DNA of 64,000 nt, from NCBI GenBank assembly GCA_963700715.1, contig CAVOYP010000011.1, forward strand, positions 8,349 through 72,348, read 5' to 3'. Of the stretch, positions 38,142 to 47,598 are shown piece by piece. Below the pieces are notes generated by a model. It worked only from the letters and a program-made list of their open reading frames with translations, was not told the origin of the DNA and ran no database searches. The position numbers and the translations under genes are program-made. Source of the DNA: an uncultured Gammaproteobacteria bacterium (GTDB taxonomy: Bacteria; Pseudomonadota; Gammaproteobacteria; Pseudomonadales; Halieaceae). Numbering within the stretch: position 1 is the stretch's first letter; each line of letters opens with the position of its first letter.

Positions 38142-38741
38142 GTGGTAGACAGTTCCGGTTTTACAGGGAGCGACTCACAGGACCTGGTGGGGCGGCGTAC
38201 CGACGAGTGGAGCGAGTGCCTCGTCCTGATCGCCACCAGGCAGGACCGGGCGGCGTTCACCCGGTTTTTCCGGCATTTCGCCCCCCTGATCAAGGCCTTT
38301 GCCCTGTCCGGGTCGAGGCTGTCGGCCTCAGTGGCCGATGAGCTGGTGCAGGAGGTCATGCTCAAGGTGTGGCAGAAGGCCGGGGGCTTCAACCCGGAGA
38401 AAGCGGCTGCCAGCACCTGGGTGTATACGATAGCCCGCAACTGTCGGACCGACATGTTCCGGCGCCTGCAGAAATTCGATACCCCCCTGGCCGAGGAGGA
38501 CGTATTCCCCGACCAGGAGAGCGAGGAACCGTTTGCCCTGCTGCAGGGCAGGCGCAGCGAGGAGCGCGTGCGGGAGTTGATGAAGTCGCTCCCGGGGGAC
38601 CAGATGCAGATTCTGGCGAAGGTGTATATGGAAGGGAAATCACATGCGGAAGCGGCTGCGGAGCTGGACCTGCCCCTGGGCACGGTCAAGTCCCGTGTGA
38701 GGCTGGCTATCCAGAAACTTCAGATTCAAATAGAACGGTAG
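38142..38741 (+). CDS. ECF RNA polymerase sigma factor (RpoE-ChrR type)
   Basis: Region 2 ELVQEVMLKVWQKAGGFNPEKAAASTWVYTIARN; region 4 LPGDQMQILAKVYMEGKSHAEAAAELDLPLGTVKSRV. The start is uncertain (GTG 38142 chosen; the track ORF begins at 37926). Confidence 0.8.
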   Translation: MVDSSGFTGSDSQDLVGRRTDEWSECLVLIATRQDRAAFTRFFRHFAPLIKAFALSGSRLSASVADELVQEVMLKVWQKAGGFNPEKAAASTWVYTIARNCRTDMFRRLQKFDTPLAEEDVFPDQESEEPFALLQGRRSEERVRELMKSLPGDQMQILAKVYMEGKSHAEAAAELDLPLGTVKSRVRLAIQKLQIQIER

Positions 38742-38747
38742 AAAGTT

Positions 38748-39404
38748 ATGGCTAAATTTCACCCTGAGCTCGACCTGCTGACCGAACATGCGGCGGGTAA
38801 CCTGCCGCTGGCCCAGGCGGCCTGTGTCTCGGTTCATCTGCACTACTGCGAGCAGTGCCGGCGCACCTCGGCCCAGCTGCAGACGCTGGGGGCGACGCTG
38901 TTCGACGGGCTGCCCGGCGAACCCGTGGGGGACACCCTGCTCAACATGGTACTGGCGCGGCTGGATGACGCCCCGCCCCTGAGCTATGCCAGCAGCTCCG
39001 AGTGGTCAGCCGGCCGGACCCCACCGATCCTGCAGCGGCTCATGAGCGGTGACCTGTCGGACCTGGTGTGGAAAAAAGTGACCAAGACGCTGCGCATCAG
39101 CTACCTGAAAACCGGTGATCCCAATTATGAGTTTGCCCTGTACCACATCAAGGCGGGCGGCAGGATTCCGGAGCACACCCACCGCGGTCCGGAAATGACC
39201 CTGGTGCTCGAGGGCGGCTTCTCCGATGCGGACGGCAGCTATCACCAGGGCGATTTCCTGTTGCGGCAGCCCGGTGACGTTCATGCCCCCACGGCGGTGC
39301 AATCAGAAGACTGCATCTGCCTGGCGGTACTGGATTCCCCGCTGAAGTTCACCGGCTGGACCTATCGCTGGATGAATCCCTTCCTGCAGTTGCAGGCCAC
39401 CTGA
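38748..39404 (+). CDS. chrR: Anti-sigma factor ChrR (ZAS N-domain plus cupin C-domain)
   Basis: HxxxCxxC motif (HLHYCEQC) and a C-terminal cupin (GGRIPEHTHRGPEMTLVLEGGFSD...GDVHAP). Confidence 0.85.
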   Translation: MAKFHPELDLLTEHAAGNLPLAQAACVSVHLHYCEQCRRTSAQLQTLGATLFDGLPGEPVGDTLLNMVLARLDDAPPLSYASSSEWSAGRTPPILQRLMSGDLSDLVWKKVTKTLRISYLKTGDPNYEFALYHIKAGGRIPEHTHRGPEMTLVLEGGFSDADGSYHQGDFLLRQPGDVHAPTAVQSEDCICLAVLDSPLKFTGWTYRWMNPFLQLQAT

Positions 39405-39666
39405 GCCCCTTCTATTATCCCGCCCCGCCCCCACTCCCGGGGGGGTGGCGGCGTTAAACACCCCTCACCCTATACTCAGCCGGCTCCGGTGTGGGCGCAT
39501 TCACGCCAAGCGCCCTCTGTGCTACAGTCTGCCGCCGCCCGCCTCCCGCAAAGGCAGGTCGCGGTGGCTTTGCCGCTGACACTGCCCGCAGCGACCCGCG
39601 GTAGCAGCGCTGCTCGAAACAGCTGGCCAAACTAAAAAATACTCGGTTACGGGGGTAAACATCGCA

Positions 39667-40809
39667 ATGCGCATCGCCATTCCCAAGGAAAGTCACCCGG
39701 GCGAAAACCGGGTTCCCATTACCCCTGAATCCGCCAAGAAGCTGTGCCGCATGGGCGCGGAGCTGGTCGTGGAGGCGGGCCTGGGCACCGGATCCGGCTT
39801 TACCGACGCTGAATACGTGGAGGCGGGAGCGACCGTCTCCGCCGATCGCGATGGCATGTTCCGCAGTGCAGACGTGCTGCTGCGGCTGCGCAAGCCGGCG
39901 CTGGATGAAGTCAGGCTGATGCAGCGCGGCTGTATCCACATCAGCTACCTCGACCCGTTCAATGAGCGCGAACTGGTCCTCGCGCTCAAGGAAGCGGGGG
40001 TGACCGCCATCAGCATGGAAATGATCCCCCGCACCACCCGCAGCCAGAAGATGGATGCCCTGAGTTCCCAGGCCAACCTGGCCGGGTATGTGATGGTGTT
40101 GCTGGCCGCCTCCCACCTGCCCCGTATCTTCCCGATGATGATGACCCCTGCCGGCACCCTGAAACCGGCCAATGTGTTTGTCATCGGCGCCGGTGTGGCC
40201 GGCCTCCAGGCCATTGCCACCGCCAAGCGCCTGGGCGCCCGGGTCACCGCCTTCGACACCCGTCCCGTGGTAGCCGAGCAGGTGCGCTCGCTGGGCGCCA
40301 AGTTCCTCGAGATCGACCTGGGTGAAACCGGCCAGACCGCCGCCGGCTATGCCCTGGAGCTGACACCCGAGCAGATCGCCAAGCAGCGCCAGGCCCAGAA
40401 AGACGTGATCGCCAAGTCCGACGTGGTGATCACCACCGCCCAGGTGTTCGGCCGCAAGCCGCCGGTGCTGGTTACCCGGGACATGGTGGAGGGCATGGCC
40501 CCGGGCTCGGTGATCGTCGATATGGCGGCGGAGACCGGTGGCAACGTCGAGGGCTCGGTGCCCGATGCGATCGTTACAGTTGGCGGGGTTACCATCATCG
40601 GCAAGGCTAACCTGGCCGGGGAAGTGGCGCGTCATGCCAGCCAGATGTATTCGGCCAACCTGTTCAACCTGGTGGAGGACAACTGGAACCAGGAGCAGAA
40701 GCAGTTCGTGGTGGATTTTGAGGATGACATCCTGCCCGGATGCATCATTACCCACGGCGGCGAAGTGGTGAACGAGACCATCAAGAAAATTATCGAAGGG
40801 GGTGCGTAG
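39667..40809 (+). CDS. pntAA: NAD(P) transhydrogenase subunit alpha part 1
   Basis: MRIAIPKESHPGENRVPITPESAKKL...VFVIGAGVAGLQAIATAKRLGA. Confidence 0.92.
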   Translation: MRIAIPKESHPGENRVPITPESAKKLCRMGAELVVEAGLGTGSGFTDAEYVEAGATVSADRDGMFRSADVLLRLRKPALDEVRLMQRGCIHISYLDPFNERELVLALKEAGVTAISMEMIPRTTRSQKMDALSSQANLAGYVMVLLAASHLPRIFPMMMTPAGTLKPANVFVIGAGVAGLQAIATAKRLGARVTAFDTRPVVAEQVRSLGAKFLEIDLGETGQTAAGYALELTPEQIAKQRQAQKDVIAKSDVVITTAQVFGRKPPVLVTRDMVEGMAPGSVIVDMAAETGGNVEGSVPDAIVTVGGVTIIGKANLAGEVARHASQMYSANLFNLVEDNWNQEQKQFVVDFEDDILPGCIITHGGEVVNETIKKIIEGGA

Positions 40810-40810
40810 C

Positions 40811-41098
40811 ATGATTTCGGCAACAGTTTTCCTGACATTTATCCTTATGCTGACCATCTTCCTGGGCTTTGAGCTGATCAATAAGGTGCCGGCGACCCTG
40901 CACACCCCATTGATGTCCGGCGCCAACGCCATATCCGGAATCACCCTGGTGGGTGCCCTCAGCCTGGCCGGAACCGGTCGCCATGACCTGGCCAACTGGA
41001 TGAGCGTCGCCGCGGTGGCCCTGGCCACCATCAACGTGGTGGGTGGCTATCTGGTGACCGACCGCATGCTCGCCATGTTCAGGAAGAAGGGGAGCTGA
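40811..41098 (+). CDS. pntAB: NAD(P) transhydrogenase subunit alpha part 2
   Basis: About 95 aa membrane protein: LHTPLMSGANAISGITLVGAL...INVVGGYLVTDRML. Confidence 0.9.
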   Translation: MISATVFLTFILMLTIFLGFELINKVPATLHTPLMSGANAISGITLVGALSLAGTGRHDLANWMSVAAVALATINVVGGYLVTDRMLAMFRKKGS

Positions 41099-41103
41099 GC
41101 GCC

Positions 41104-42459
41104 ATGGACAACCTGATTCAGTACAGTTATATCGTGGCGGCCGCCCTGTTTATCTACGGCCTGAAACAGCTCGGTTCTCCCGCCACCGCCCGCCGGGGCA
41201 ATGGCCTTTCCGCCATCGCCATGCTGCTGGCGGTAGTGGCCGGGCTGCTGGACCAGGGCATCGTCGAGTACCAGTGGATCCTGCTGGGTGTCGTGGTGGG
41301 CACGGTCATCGGCGCCGCCGCCGCCCGCCTGGTGCAGATGACCGCCATGCCCGAGATGGTCGCCCTGTTCAACGGCTTCGGCGGCCTCGCCAGCCTGCTG
41401 GTGGGCTGGGCGGCCCTGGCTCCCGGATCCGCCACCTTCACCCTGGTCACCATCATCCTGTCGATCCTGATCGGCGGCGTTACCTTCACCGGGAGCCTGA
41501 TCGCCTATGGCAAGCTCAGTGAACGCATTGGCAGCGGCGCCGTGCTGTTCAGCGGCCAGCAGGTGGTCAACAGCCTGATCGTGCTGGGCATCCTGGCCGG
41601 TTCCGTAATGTTCTGCCTGCAGCCTGCGAACCACTTCTGGTTGTACCTGGTGGTGGCCCTGTCACTGGTATTCGGCGTGATGGCGGTCATACCCATCGGC
41701 GGGGCCGATATGCCGGTGGTGATTTCCCTGTTGAACTCCTACTCCGGCCTCGCGGCCTGCGCCGCGGGTTTTGCCGTAAACAACAATATCCTGATCGTGG
41801 CCGGCGCACTGGTCGGCGCCTCCGGTATCATCCTCACCCAGATCATGTGCAAGGCGATGAACCGCTCCCTCGCCAACGTCCTGTTCAGCGGCTTTGGCAG
41901 CGGCAAGGTTGAACAGACCGCCGTCGAGGGCGAAATCAAGCCGATCAGCGCCGAGGATGCCTACTATATCCTGGAGGCCGCCAGCAACGTGGCGATCATC
42001 CCCGGCTACGGCATGGCGGTGGCGCAGGCCCAGCACGTGGTCAAGGAACTGGCTGAACTGCTCGAGCGCAACGGCGCCGAGGTGAATTTCGGGATCCACC
42101 CGGTGGCGGGCCGGATGCCGGGCCATATGAACGTGCTGCTGGCGGAGGCCGATGTGCCTTACGAGCAGTTGCTCGAGATGGACGATATCAATCCCCGCAT
42201 GGAAAACGTCGACGTCGCCATCGTGATCGGCGCCAACGACGTGGTCAACCCGGCGGCCCGGGAGAACGAGGGCTCGCCCATCTACGGCATGCCCGTGATC
42301 AACGTCGACAAGGCCAGGACTGTCTTTGTGCTCAAGCGCTCCATGGCCTCGGGCTTTGCCGGGATCGAGAACCCGCTGTTCTACAAGGACAACACGCGGA
42401 TGCTGTTCGGCGACGCCAAGGAGTCCATCGGCAACCTGGTCCGCGAATTCAGCGTGTAG
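41104..42459 (+). CDS. pntB: NAD(P) transhydrogenase subunit beta
   Basis: ...IIPGYGMAVAQAQH...GIHPVAGRMPGHMNVLLAEA...IGANDVVNPAA... Confidence 0.93.
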   Translation: MDNLIQYSYIVAAALFIYGLKQLGSPATARRGNGLSAIAMLLAVVAGLLDQGIVEYQWILLGVVVGTVIGAAAARLVQMTAMPEMVALFNGFGGLASLLVGWAALAPGSATFTLVTIILSILIGGVTFTGSLIAYGKLSERIGSGAVLFSGQQVVNSLIVLGILAGSVMFCLQPANHFWLYLVVALSLVFGVMAVIPIGGADMPVVISLLNSYSGLAACAAGFAVNNNILIVAGALVGASGIILTQIMCKAMNRSLANVLFSGFGSGKVEQTAVEGEIKPISAEDAYYILEAASNVAIIPGYGMAVAQAQHVVKELAELLERNGAEVNFGIHPVAGRMPGHMNVLLAEADVPYEQLLEMDDINPRMENVDVAIVIGANDVVNPAARENEGSPIYGMPVINVDKARTVFVLKRSMASGFAGIENPLFYKDNTRMLFGDAKESIGNLVREFSV

Positions 42460-42478
42460 TCGATCTTTGCACAGGCAG

Positions 42479-42507
42479 CGCCGGCCCTCGTGCCGGCGTT
42501 GTCGTTT
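42479..42507 (+). terminator. Probable rho-independent terminator after pntB
   Basis: Stem cgccggc / gccggcg with a 6-nt loop, followed by the T-rich ttgtcgttt. Confidence 0.55.
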
Positions 42508-42648
42508 CCGGGGGCCGGTTCAGGATGTCGTGCCGTGAGCCGCTTGTCGCGCGCATTGTCGGCGCTATGAGCCGGATCAATGATTTAAGTCGCTGGACAG
42601 GCTAGCCTCAAGCTTTAAGCTGGGGCAAAGCCCACCACAGGAGTGATT

Positions 42649-43692
42649 ATGGCCGCCAGGAAACCCCGAACCACCAGCAAGCCGGCGCCCGCCGCCAGCA
42701 AGGCCCCCCGCAGGAAAAAACCCGCCGCCGCCCCAAAGCCTGTACGCAAAGCCACGGCCAAGGCAGGACCCGGTTACACCCGGGCCGCCTGGGAGCGCCC
42801 GGCGCCTCCCGCGGCCCTGCGACCCGAGGAGCGACCACCCCTGCTCAAGGCCCTCTACGCCGAGCACCGCCATATCGCCAGCGTCATGCAGTTGTTCAGC
42901 GAACAGCTCAAGGCCATAGCGGCGGGGGAACTGGTGGATACCCATGTGGTATACGAGATCATGGATTACATGGTCACCTGGCCGGATCGCTTCCACCATC
43001 CGCGGGAGGATCTCATCTACGGCCGGGTCGCGGAGCTTGATGCCGGCGCGGCCGATAACGTGGATAGCCTGCAACGCGACCACGACTATATGGCCAAAAA
43101 GGGGCAGGAAGTGCTGCGTAACATCCAGCAGTGGCGCGACGGCGAGGTATCCGGTGAGGTCCTGGTAAAGAGTGGCCGCGCCTATGTCGACCACATGTAC
43201 GAGCATATGAACTCCGAGGAAAAGCTGGTTTTTCCCCAGATTGAGGGCGTGCTCAGCGCCGAGGACTGGCGCGAACTGGCGCAGGATGACCAGTTGCGAC
43301 CGGTTTCAGACCCGGTATTCGGGCAGCGGGTCCAGCGCGAATTCCGCAATATGGCGCGCAAGTTGCGCAGCGGCGTGCGCCGGGGCGTGGAGCGGGGCAC
43401 CCTGGTGGAGTGGCTGAGCATCGAGGCCGTGATGGAGTCGCTCGAGGTTTTGTCCATGGCCTACGAGTCCGCGCGCGGCAGCGCCGGTGAACACCTGCGC
43501 ATCGCCTGGGATGAGGGATTGGAAATGTTCCGGGAATCCGCGGCGACTGCGCCCCTGCGCTGCGCCGCCAATAATGCCCGGCTGGGATTGCGCCTTATCC
43601 AGGACATCGCCGACATTTCCCGTGAAGCCCTGGGGGATATCTCCCGGGTCAACCAGGAGCGAAAAGACCGGATTCGCCTGCTGGATAGTTAG
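42649..43692 (+). CDS. Hemerythrin (HHE cation-binding) domain protein with a Lys/Ala/Pro-rich N-terminal tail
   Basis: Tail AARKPRTTSKPAPAASKAPRRKKPAAAPKPVRKATAKA, then LYAEHRHI...RFHHPREDLIY...RDHDYM...HMYEHMNSEEKLVFP. The ATG at 42649 follows AGGAG. Confidence 0.7.
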   Translation: MAARKPRTTSKPAPAASKAPRRKKPAAAPKPVRKATAKAGPGYTRAAWERPAPPAALRPEERPPLLKALYAEHRHIASVMQLFSEQLKAIAAGELVDTHVVYEIMDYMVTWPDRFHHPREDLIYGRVAELDAGAADNVDSLQRDHDYMAKKGQEVLRNIQQWRDGEVSGEVLVKSGRAYVDHMYEHMNSEEKLVFPQIEGVLSAEDWRELAQDDQLRPVSDPVFGQRVQREFRNMARKLRSGVRRGVERGTLVEWLSIEAVMESLEVLSMAYESARGSAGEHLRIAWDEGLEMFRESAATAPLRCAANNARLGLRLIQDIADISREALGDISRVNQERKDRIRLLDS

Positions 43693-45463
43693 GCTGTTCT
43701 GCCTCCGGTTCGCGAAACTGCAGGCTGGCCAGGCGCTGGTAGAGTTCGCAGCTTTGCATCAGCTGGGCGTGGGTGCCGGTGGCAATCAGCCTTCCCTGGT
43801 CGAGTACGGCGATCCTGTCAGCGTGCAGAATGGTGGACAGGCGGTGGGCGATGATCACAGTGGTGCGGTTTTTCATCAGCTGGTGCAGCGCCTGCTGTAC
43901 CTGGTGCTCGCTCTCGCTGTCGAGCGCGCTGGTGGCTTCATCCAGTAACAGGATCTGCGGGTCGTTCAGTATTGCCCGGGCCAGAGCGATGCGCTGGCGC
44001 TGGCCTCCCGAGAGGCGCACGCCCTGCTCGCCCAGGTGGCTGCCGTAGGCGTCCGGCAGGCGCTCGATAAACTCGTCAGCATGGGCGGCGCGGGCCGCGG
44101 CGACAATCTCGTCATCCGAGGCGTCCGGCCGGCCGTAGCGAATGTTGTAGCGCACATCGCCGGTAAACAGGGCGGGTTGTTGCGGCACCAGTGCGATATG
44201 GCTGCGCAATTGCTGCAGGCCCAGCTCGCGAATGTCCTCACCGTCCAGCGTAATCCGCCCCTGCTGGGGGTCGTAAAAGCGCTGCAGTAATTCAAACACA
44301 GTGGACTTGCCCGCCCCGGACGGCCCCACCAGGGCGAGGCTCCTGCCCGCCTCGATGGTGAGTGAAAAATCCCGCAACGCCGCCTGGGCCGGTCGGGTGG
44401 GGTAGTGGAAGGTGACAGCCTCCAGTTTCAGCTGGGGACGCTGGCGCCGGGCGGGCAGCTCCCGGGGACCGGGGTCGTGTATCAGGCTGCGGGTGTTGAG
44501 CAGTTCGATCAGGCGCTCGGCGGCGCCGGCGGCCCGCTGCAGTTCCCCCCACACCTCGGACACCGTGGCTATGCCGCTGCCCACCATGATCGCGTAGAAC
44601 ACGAACGCGCCCAGTTCGCCGCCGGTCATGCGGCCACTGATCACATCCTGGCCCCCCTCCCACAGCATGCCGGCCATCCCCGCGAACAGCAGCAGGATGG
44701 CGCCGCCCATCAGCAGGGCGCGCTGCCAGACCCGCCGCTGGGCGATGGCGAAGGCCCGTTCAACCTCCCGGGTAAACGCCGCCGACTCGAACCGCTCCTG
44801 GGTATAGCTCTGCACCACCCGGATGTGCTGGATGACCTCTCCCGCATAGCTGCCCACGCTCGCAATGCTGTCCTGGCTCTGGTTGGACAGGCGCCTGACC
44901 CTGCGTCCGAAGAACAGTATGGGCAGCAGTATCAGCGGCACCCCGACGGCGATAATCAGGCTGAGCTTGAGATTGGTGACGAACATCAGGACCAGTGCCC
45001 CCACCAGGGTCAGGCTGCTGCGCAGGGCCATGCTGAAGGAGGAGCCGATGATGGTCTGCAACAGGGTGGTGTCGGTGGTCAGGCGCGACATGATCTCGCC
45101 GCTGCGGTTGAGCTCGAAAAACCCCGGGTGCAGACGCACGATATTGTCGAACACTGCCTTGCGCAGGTCGGCACTCACTCGCTCGCCGAGCCAGGAAACC
45201 AGGTAAAAGCGCACAAAAGTGCCCACGGCGATGGCGGCGGCGATCGCGATCAGCAGGCTTACCGCCAGCAGCAGGTCGGCGCTGTCGCGGTTGCCAAAGC
45301 CGCGGTCGATCAGCACCTGCAGGCCCCAGCCCATGGACAGGGTGGCGGCGGCGGTGAACAGCAGGGCAAGGCTCGCGCCCGCGAGGCGCAGCTTGTAGGG
45401 CTTCAGGAAGCCTATGATCGGCAGCAGTGAGGGCAGTGTTGAAAGTTTTGCCTTGGCTACCAC
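43649..45463 (-). CDS. ABC transporter, fused permease/ATP-binding protein (MsbA/ABCB-like exporter)
   Basis: Six-TM N-terminal domain; Walker A GPSGAGKST, signature LSGGQRQR, Walker B ILLLDEATSALD. Confidence 0.88.
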   Translation of the reverse strand: MVAKAKLSTLPSLLPIIGFLKPYKLRLAGASLALLFTAAATLSMGWGLQVLIDRGFGNRDSADLLLAVSLLIAIAAAIAVGTFVRFYLVSWLGERVSADLRKAVFDNIVRLHPGFFELNRSGEIMSRLTTDTTLLQTIIGSSFSMALRSSLTLVGALVLMFVTNLKLSLIIAVGVPLILLPILFFGRRVRRLSNQSQDSIASVGSYAGEVIQHIRVVQSYTQERFESAAFTREVERAFAIAQRRVWQRALLMGGAILLLFAGMAGMLWEGGQDVISGRMTGGELGAFVFYAIMVGSGIATVSEVWGELQRAAGAAERLIELLNTRSLIHDPGPRELPARRQRPQLKLEAVTFHYPTRPAQAALRDFSLTIEAGRSLALVGPSGAGKSTVFELLQRFYDPQQGRITLDGEDIRELGLQQLRSHIALVPQQPALFTGDVRYNIRYGRPDASDDEIVAAARAAHADEFIERLPDAYGSHLGEQGVRLSGGQRQRIALARAILNDPQILLLDEATSALDSESEHQVQQALHQLMKNRTTVIIAHRLSTILHADRIAVLDQGRLIATGTHAQLMQSCELYQRLASLQFREPEAEQPNYPAGESGLFAPG

Positions 45464-45466
45464 CGG

Positions 45467-46228
45467 CTATTGCGTCGCGGCGTTTCTGTTGCGGGTGACC
45501 AAACGGCCGAAAAAGACGCCCAGCTCGAACAGCATCCACATGGGTATGGCCAGCAGCGACTGCGAAAGAATATCGGGCGGGGTCAACAGCATGCCGACGA
45601 CGAAACAGCCTACGATGATATAGGGGCGCTTCTGAGCAAGCTGCTGTGGGGTGGTGATGCCGGTCCAGATCAGCAGCACCGCGGCGATGGGAATTTCGAA
45701 CGCCAGGCCGAAGGCAAAGAACAGTGTGAGCACGAAATCCAGGTAGCTGTTGATATCGGTCATGATGGCGATATCGGCGGGACCGCTGCTGGTAAAGAAA
45801 GCGAATATCAGCGGGAATACCAGGTAGTAGGCAAAGGCCGCCCCCAGGTAGAACAGGAATATGCTCGATACCAGCAGCGGCACTGCGATCCGCTTTTCAT
45901 GCCTGTACATGCCCGGTGCGATGAAGCTCCAGGCCTGGTAAAGCACATAGGGTATGGCCAGGAACACGGAGGCTACCAGGGTTAGCTTGAACGGGGTCAG
46001 GAAGGGCGATGCTACCTCGGTGGCGATCATGGTGGCACCCTCCGGCAGCAGTTTGCGCAGCGGATCCGAGACGAAGGTGTAGATTTCGTTGGCGAAGGGG
46101 AACAGGCCGATGAAGACCACCAGCACCGCCAGCAGCGCGCGCAACAGGCGGTCGCGCAACTCGGTGAGGTGGGCGACCAGCGGCAGCGGCTGGTCGGTGC
46201 TGTCGGGTTCAGCTGATGGTTCGGTCAT
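45467..46228 (-). CDS. tatC: Twin-arginine translocase subunit TatC
   Basis: LPLVAHLTELRDRLLRAL...SFIAPGMYRHEKR... Confidence 0.93.
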   Translation of the reverse strand: MTEPSAEPDSTDQPLPLVAHLTELRDRLLRALLAVLVVFIGLFPFANEIYTFVSDPLRKLLPEGATMIATEVASPFLTPFKLTLVASVFLAIPYVLYQAWSFIAPGMYRHEKRIAVPLLVSSIFLFYLGAAFAYYLVFPLIFAFFTSSGPADIAIMTDINSYLDFVLTLFFAFGLAFEIPIAAVLLIWTGITTPQQLAQKRPYIIVGCFVVGMLLTPPDILSQSLLAIPMWMLFELGVFFGRLVTRNRNAATQ

Positions 46229-46569
46229 TCTGCGCTTTTGTCCGCTGCCGCTAGCGGTTGCGCTGGGGGCTCGCCTGGTGGGTTGAGGTCCACGGCGGGT
46301 TTTGTCAGGCTGGCAGTAACGCTGCCGACGCCCTGGCCCAGCTGGTCGGCCTGGGCCTTGAGCTGCTCGCCGGTCCTGCGCAGATCCTGCATCACGGCAT
46401 CGTTGTGCAGCTCCTGCTGCACTTCCCGTTTGATGTCGTTAAAGCCGCGCCTGAGGCGGTTGAGCCAGCCGTGGGCGGTACGGATAGTTTCGGGCAGGCG
46501 CTCCGGCCCGATGACCAGCAGCGCCACTATGCCGACCAGTACCAGCTCGCTGAAACCGATATCGAACAT
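46225..46569 (-). CDS. tatB: Twin-arginine translocase subunit TatB
   Basis: MFDIGFSELVLVGIVALLVIGPERLP. Confidence 0.9.
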   Translation of the reverse strand: MFDIGFSELVLVGIVALLVIGPERLPETIRTAHGWLNRLRRGFNDIKREVQQELHNDAVMQDLRRTGEQLKAQADQLGQGVGSVTASLTKPAVDLNPPGEPPAQPLAAADKSAE

Positions 46570-46791
46570 TCAGGCCTTACTTGTCCTTGTTCGCGGGCGC
46601 CGCGGTGTCATTGGCGGCTCCGCGTCGGCTGGCTTGTCGCCCGCGGTATCGTCCTGCATGCTCTTGCGAAAGCCCTTCACCGCACTGCCCAGGTCGCTGC
46701 CCAGGGTGCGCAGCCGCTTGGTACCGAACAGCATGATGACGATCGCGAGGATGATCAACAGCTGCCATACACTTATCCCACCGATTCCCAT
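46570..46791 (-). CDS. tatA: Twin-arginine translocase subunit TatA
   Basis: [45 protein letters not shown]. Confidence 0.92.
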   Translation of the reverse strand: MGIGGISVWQLLIILAIVIMLFGTKRLRTLGSDLGSAVKGFRKSMQDDTAGDKPADAEPPMTPRRPRTRTSKA

Positions 46792-46821
46792 TTCATTCTC
46801 CCGTGTGTAATGTCCGGGGCG

Positions 46822-47151
46822 CTATTTTGCGCGCCCGGCTTTTTCCTCGAGCCCCGACCTGCCCAGGCGTGCGCGCAGGCAGTCGGTGACTTCATTGATG
46901 TCCACGTCCAGGTGGGACAGCATCACCATGCTGTGAAACCACAGATCCGCCACCTCGCCGATGAGCTCGGCCCGGCCCTCGTCTCCCCGGGCGTCCTTGG
47001 CGGCGAGGATTACCTCGGTGGCTTCCTCGCCGACCTTTTCCAGTATCTTGTTCAGCCCCTGCTGATGCAGGCTCGCCACGTAGGACGATGTCGGGTCGGC
47101 GCCCTTGCGCTGCTCGAGGGTGGCGGCCAGCTGCTCCAGGATATCGCTCAT
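46822..47151 (-). CDS. hisE: Phosphoribosyl-ATP pyrophosphatase
   Basis: [52 protein letters not shown]. Internal ATG at 47151. Confidence 0.9.
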   Translation of the reverse strand: MSDILEQLAATLEQRKGADPTSSYVASLHQQGLNKILEKVGEEATEVILAAKDARGDEGRAELIGEVADLWFHSMVMLSHLDVDINEVTDCLRARLGRSGLEEKAGRAK

Positions 47152-47540
47152 GGTGTTTTCCCGTAGATGTCGCCCGGGGAGCGCACGACCGCATCGGTCA
47201 CCTGCCAGCCATCGGGCTCCCACTTGCGGTAGAAGCAGCTGCGCCGGCCCGTGTGGCAGGCGATCCCCCCCAGCTGTTCCACCTTCAGCAGCACGGTATC
47301 CGCGTCGCAGTCGATGCGCAGCTCCTTCAGTTTCTGCACGTGGCCGGACTCCTCGCCCTTGCGCCACAGGCCGTGGCGGGAGCGCGACCAGTAAACCGCC
47401 CTGCCCTCGCTGACCGTGAGCTCCAGGGCCTCGCGGTTCATCCAGGCCAGCATCAGCACCTCACCGGTCTGCCAGTCCTGGGCGATGGCGGGAACGAGGC
47501 CCTGGTCGTTCCACCGTATATCCTGGGCAAGTGCGGTCAT
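47148..47540 (-). CDS. hisI: Phosphoribosyl-AMP cyclohydrolase
   Basis: [30 protein letters not shown]...[19 protein letters not shown]...[22 protein letters not shown]. Overlaps hisE by 4 nt. Confidence 0.9.
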   Translation of the reverse strand: MTALAQDIRWNDQGLVPAIAQDWQTGEVLMLAWMNREALELTVSEGRAVYWSRSRHGLWRKGEESGHVQKLKELRIDCDADTVLLKVEQLGGIACHTGRRSCFYRKWEPDGWQVTDAVVRSPGDIYGKTP

Positions 47541-47598
47541 GCGTGGTACTCTCCGAGGTCGCCCATTATGGCACAGGGCCGGTTGTGCGCGCATGGAT

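Noticed and set aside
39421-39455. GC-rich imperfect hairpin (ccactccc/ggggggtgg) after chrR, considered as an intrinsic terminator.
   Set aside because: The stem is imperfect and no T-tract follows. I cannot distinguish it from chance GC-rich self-complementarity.
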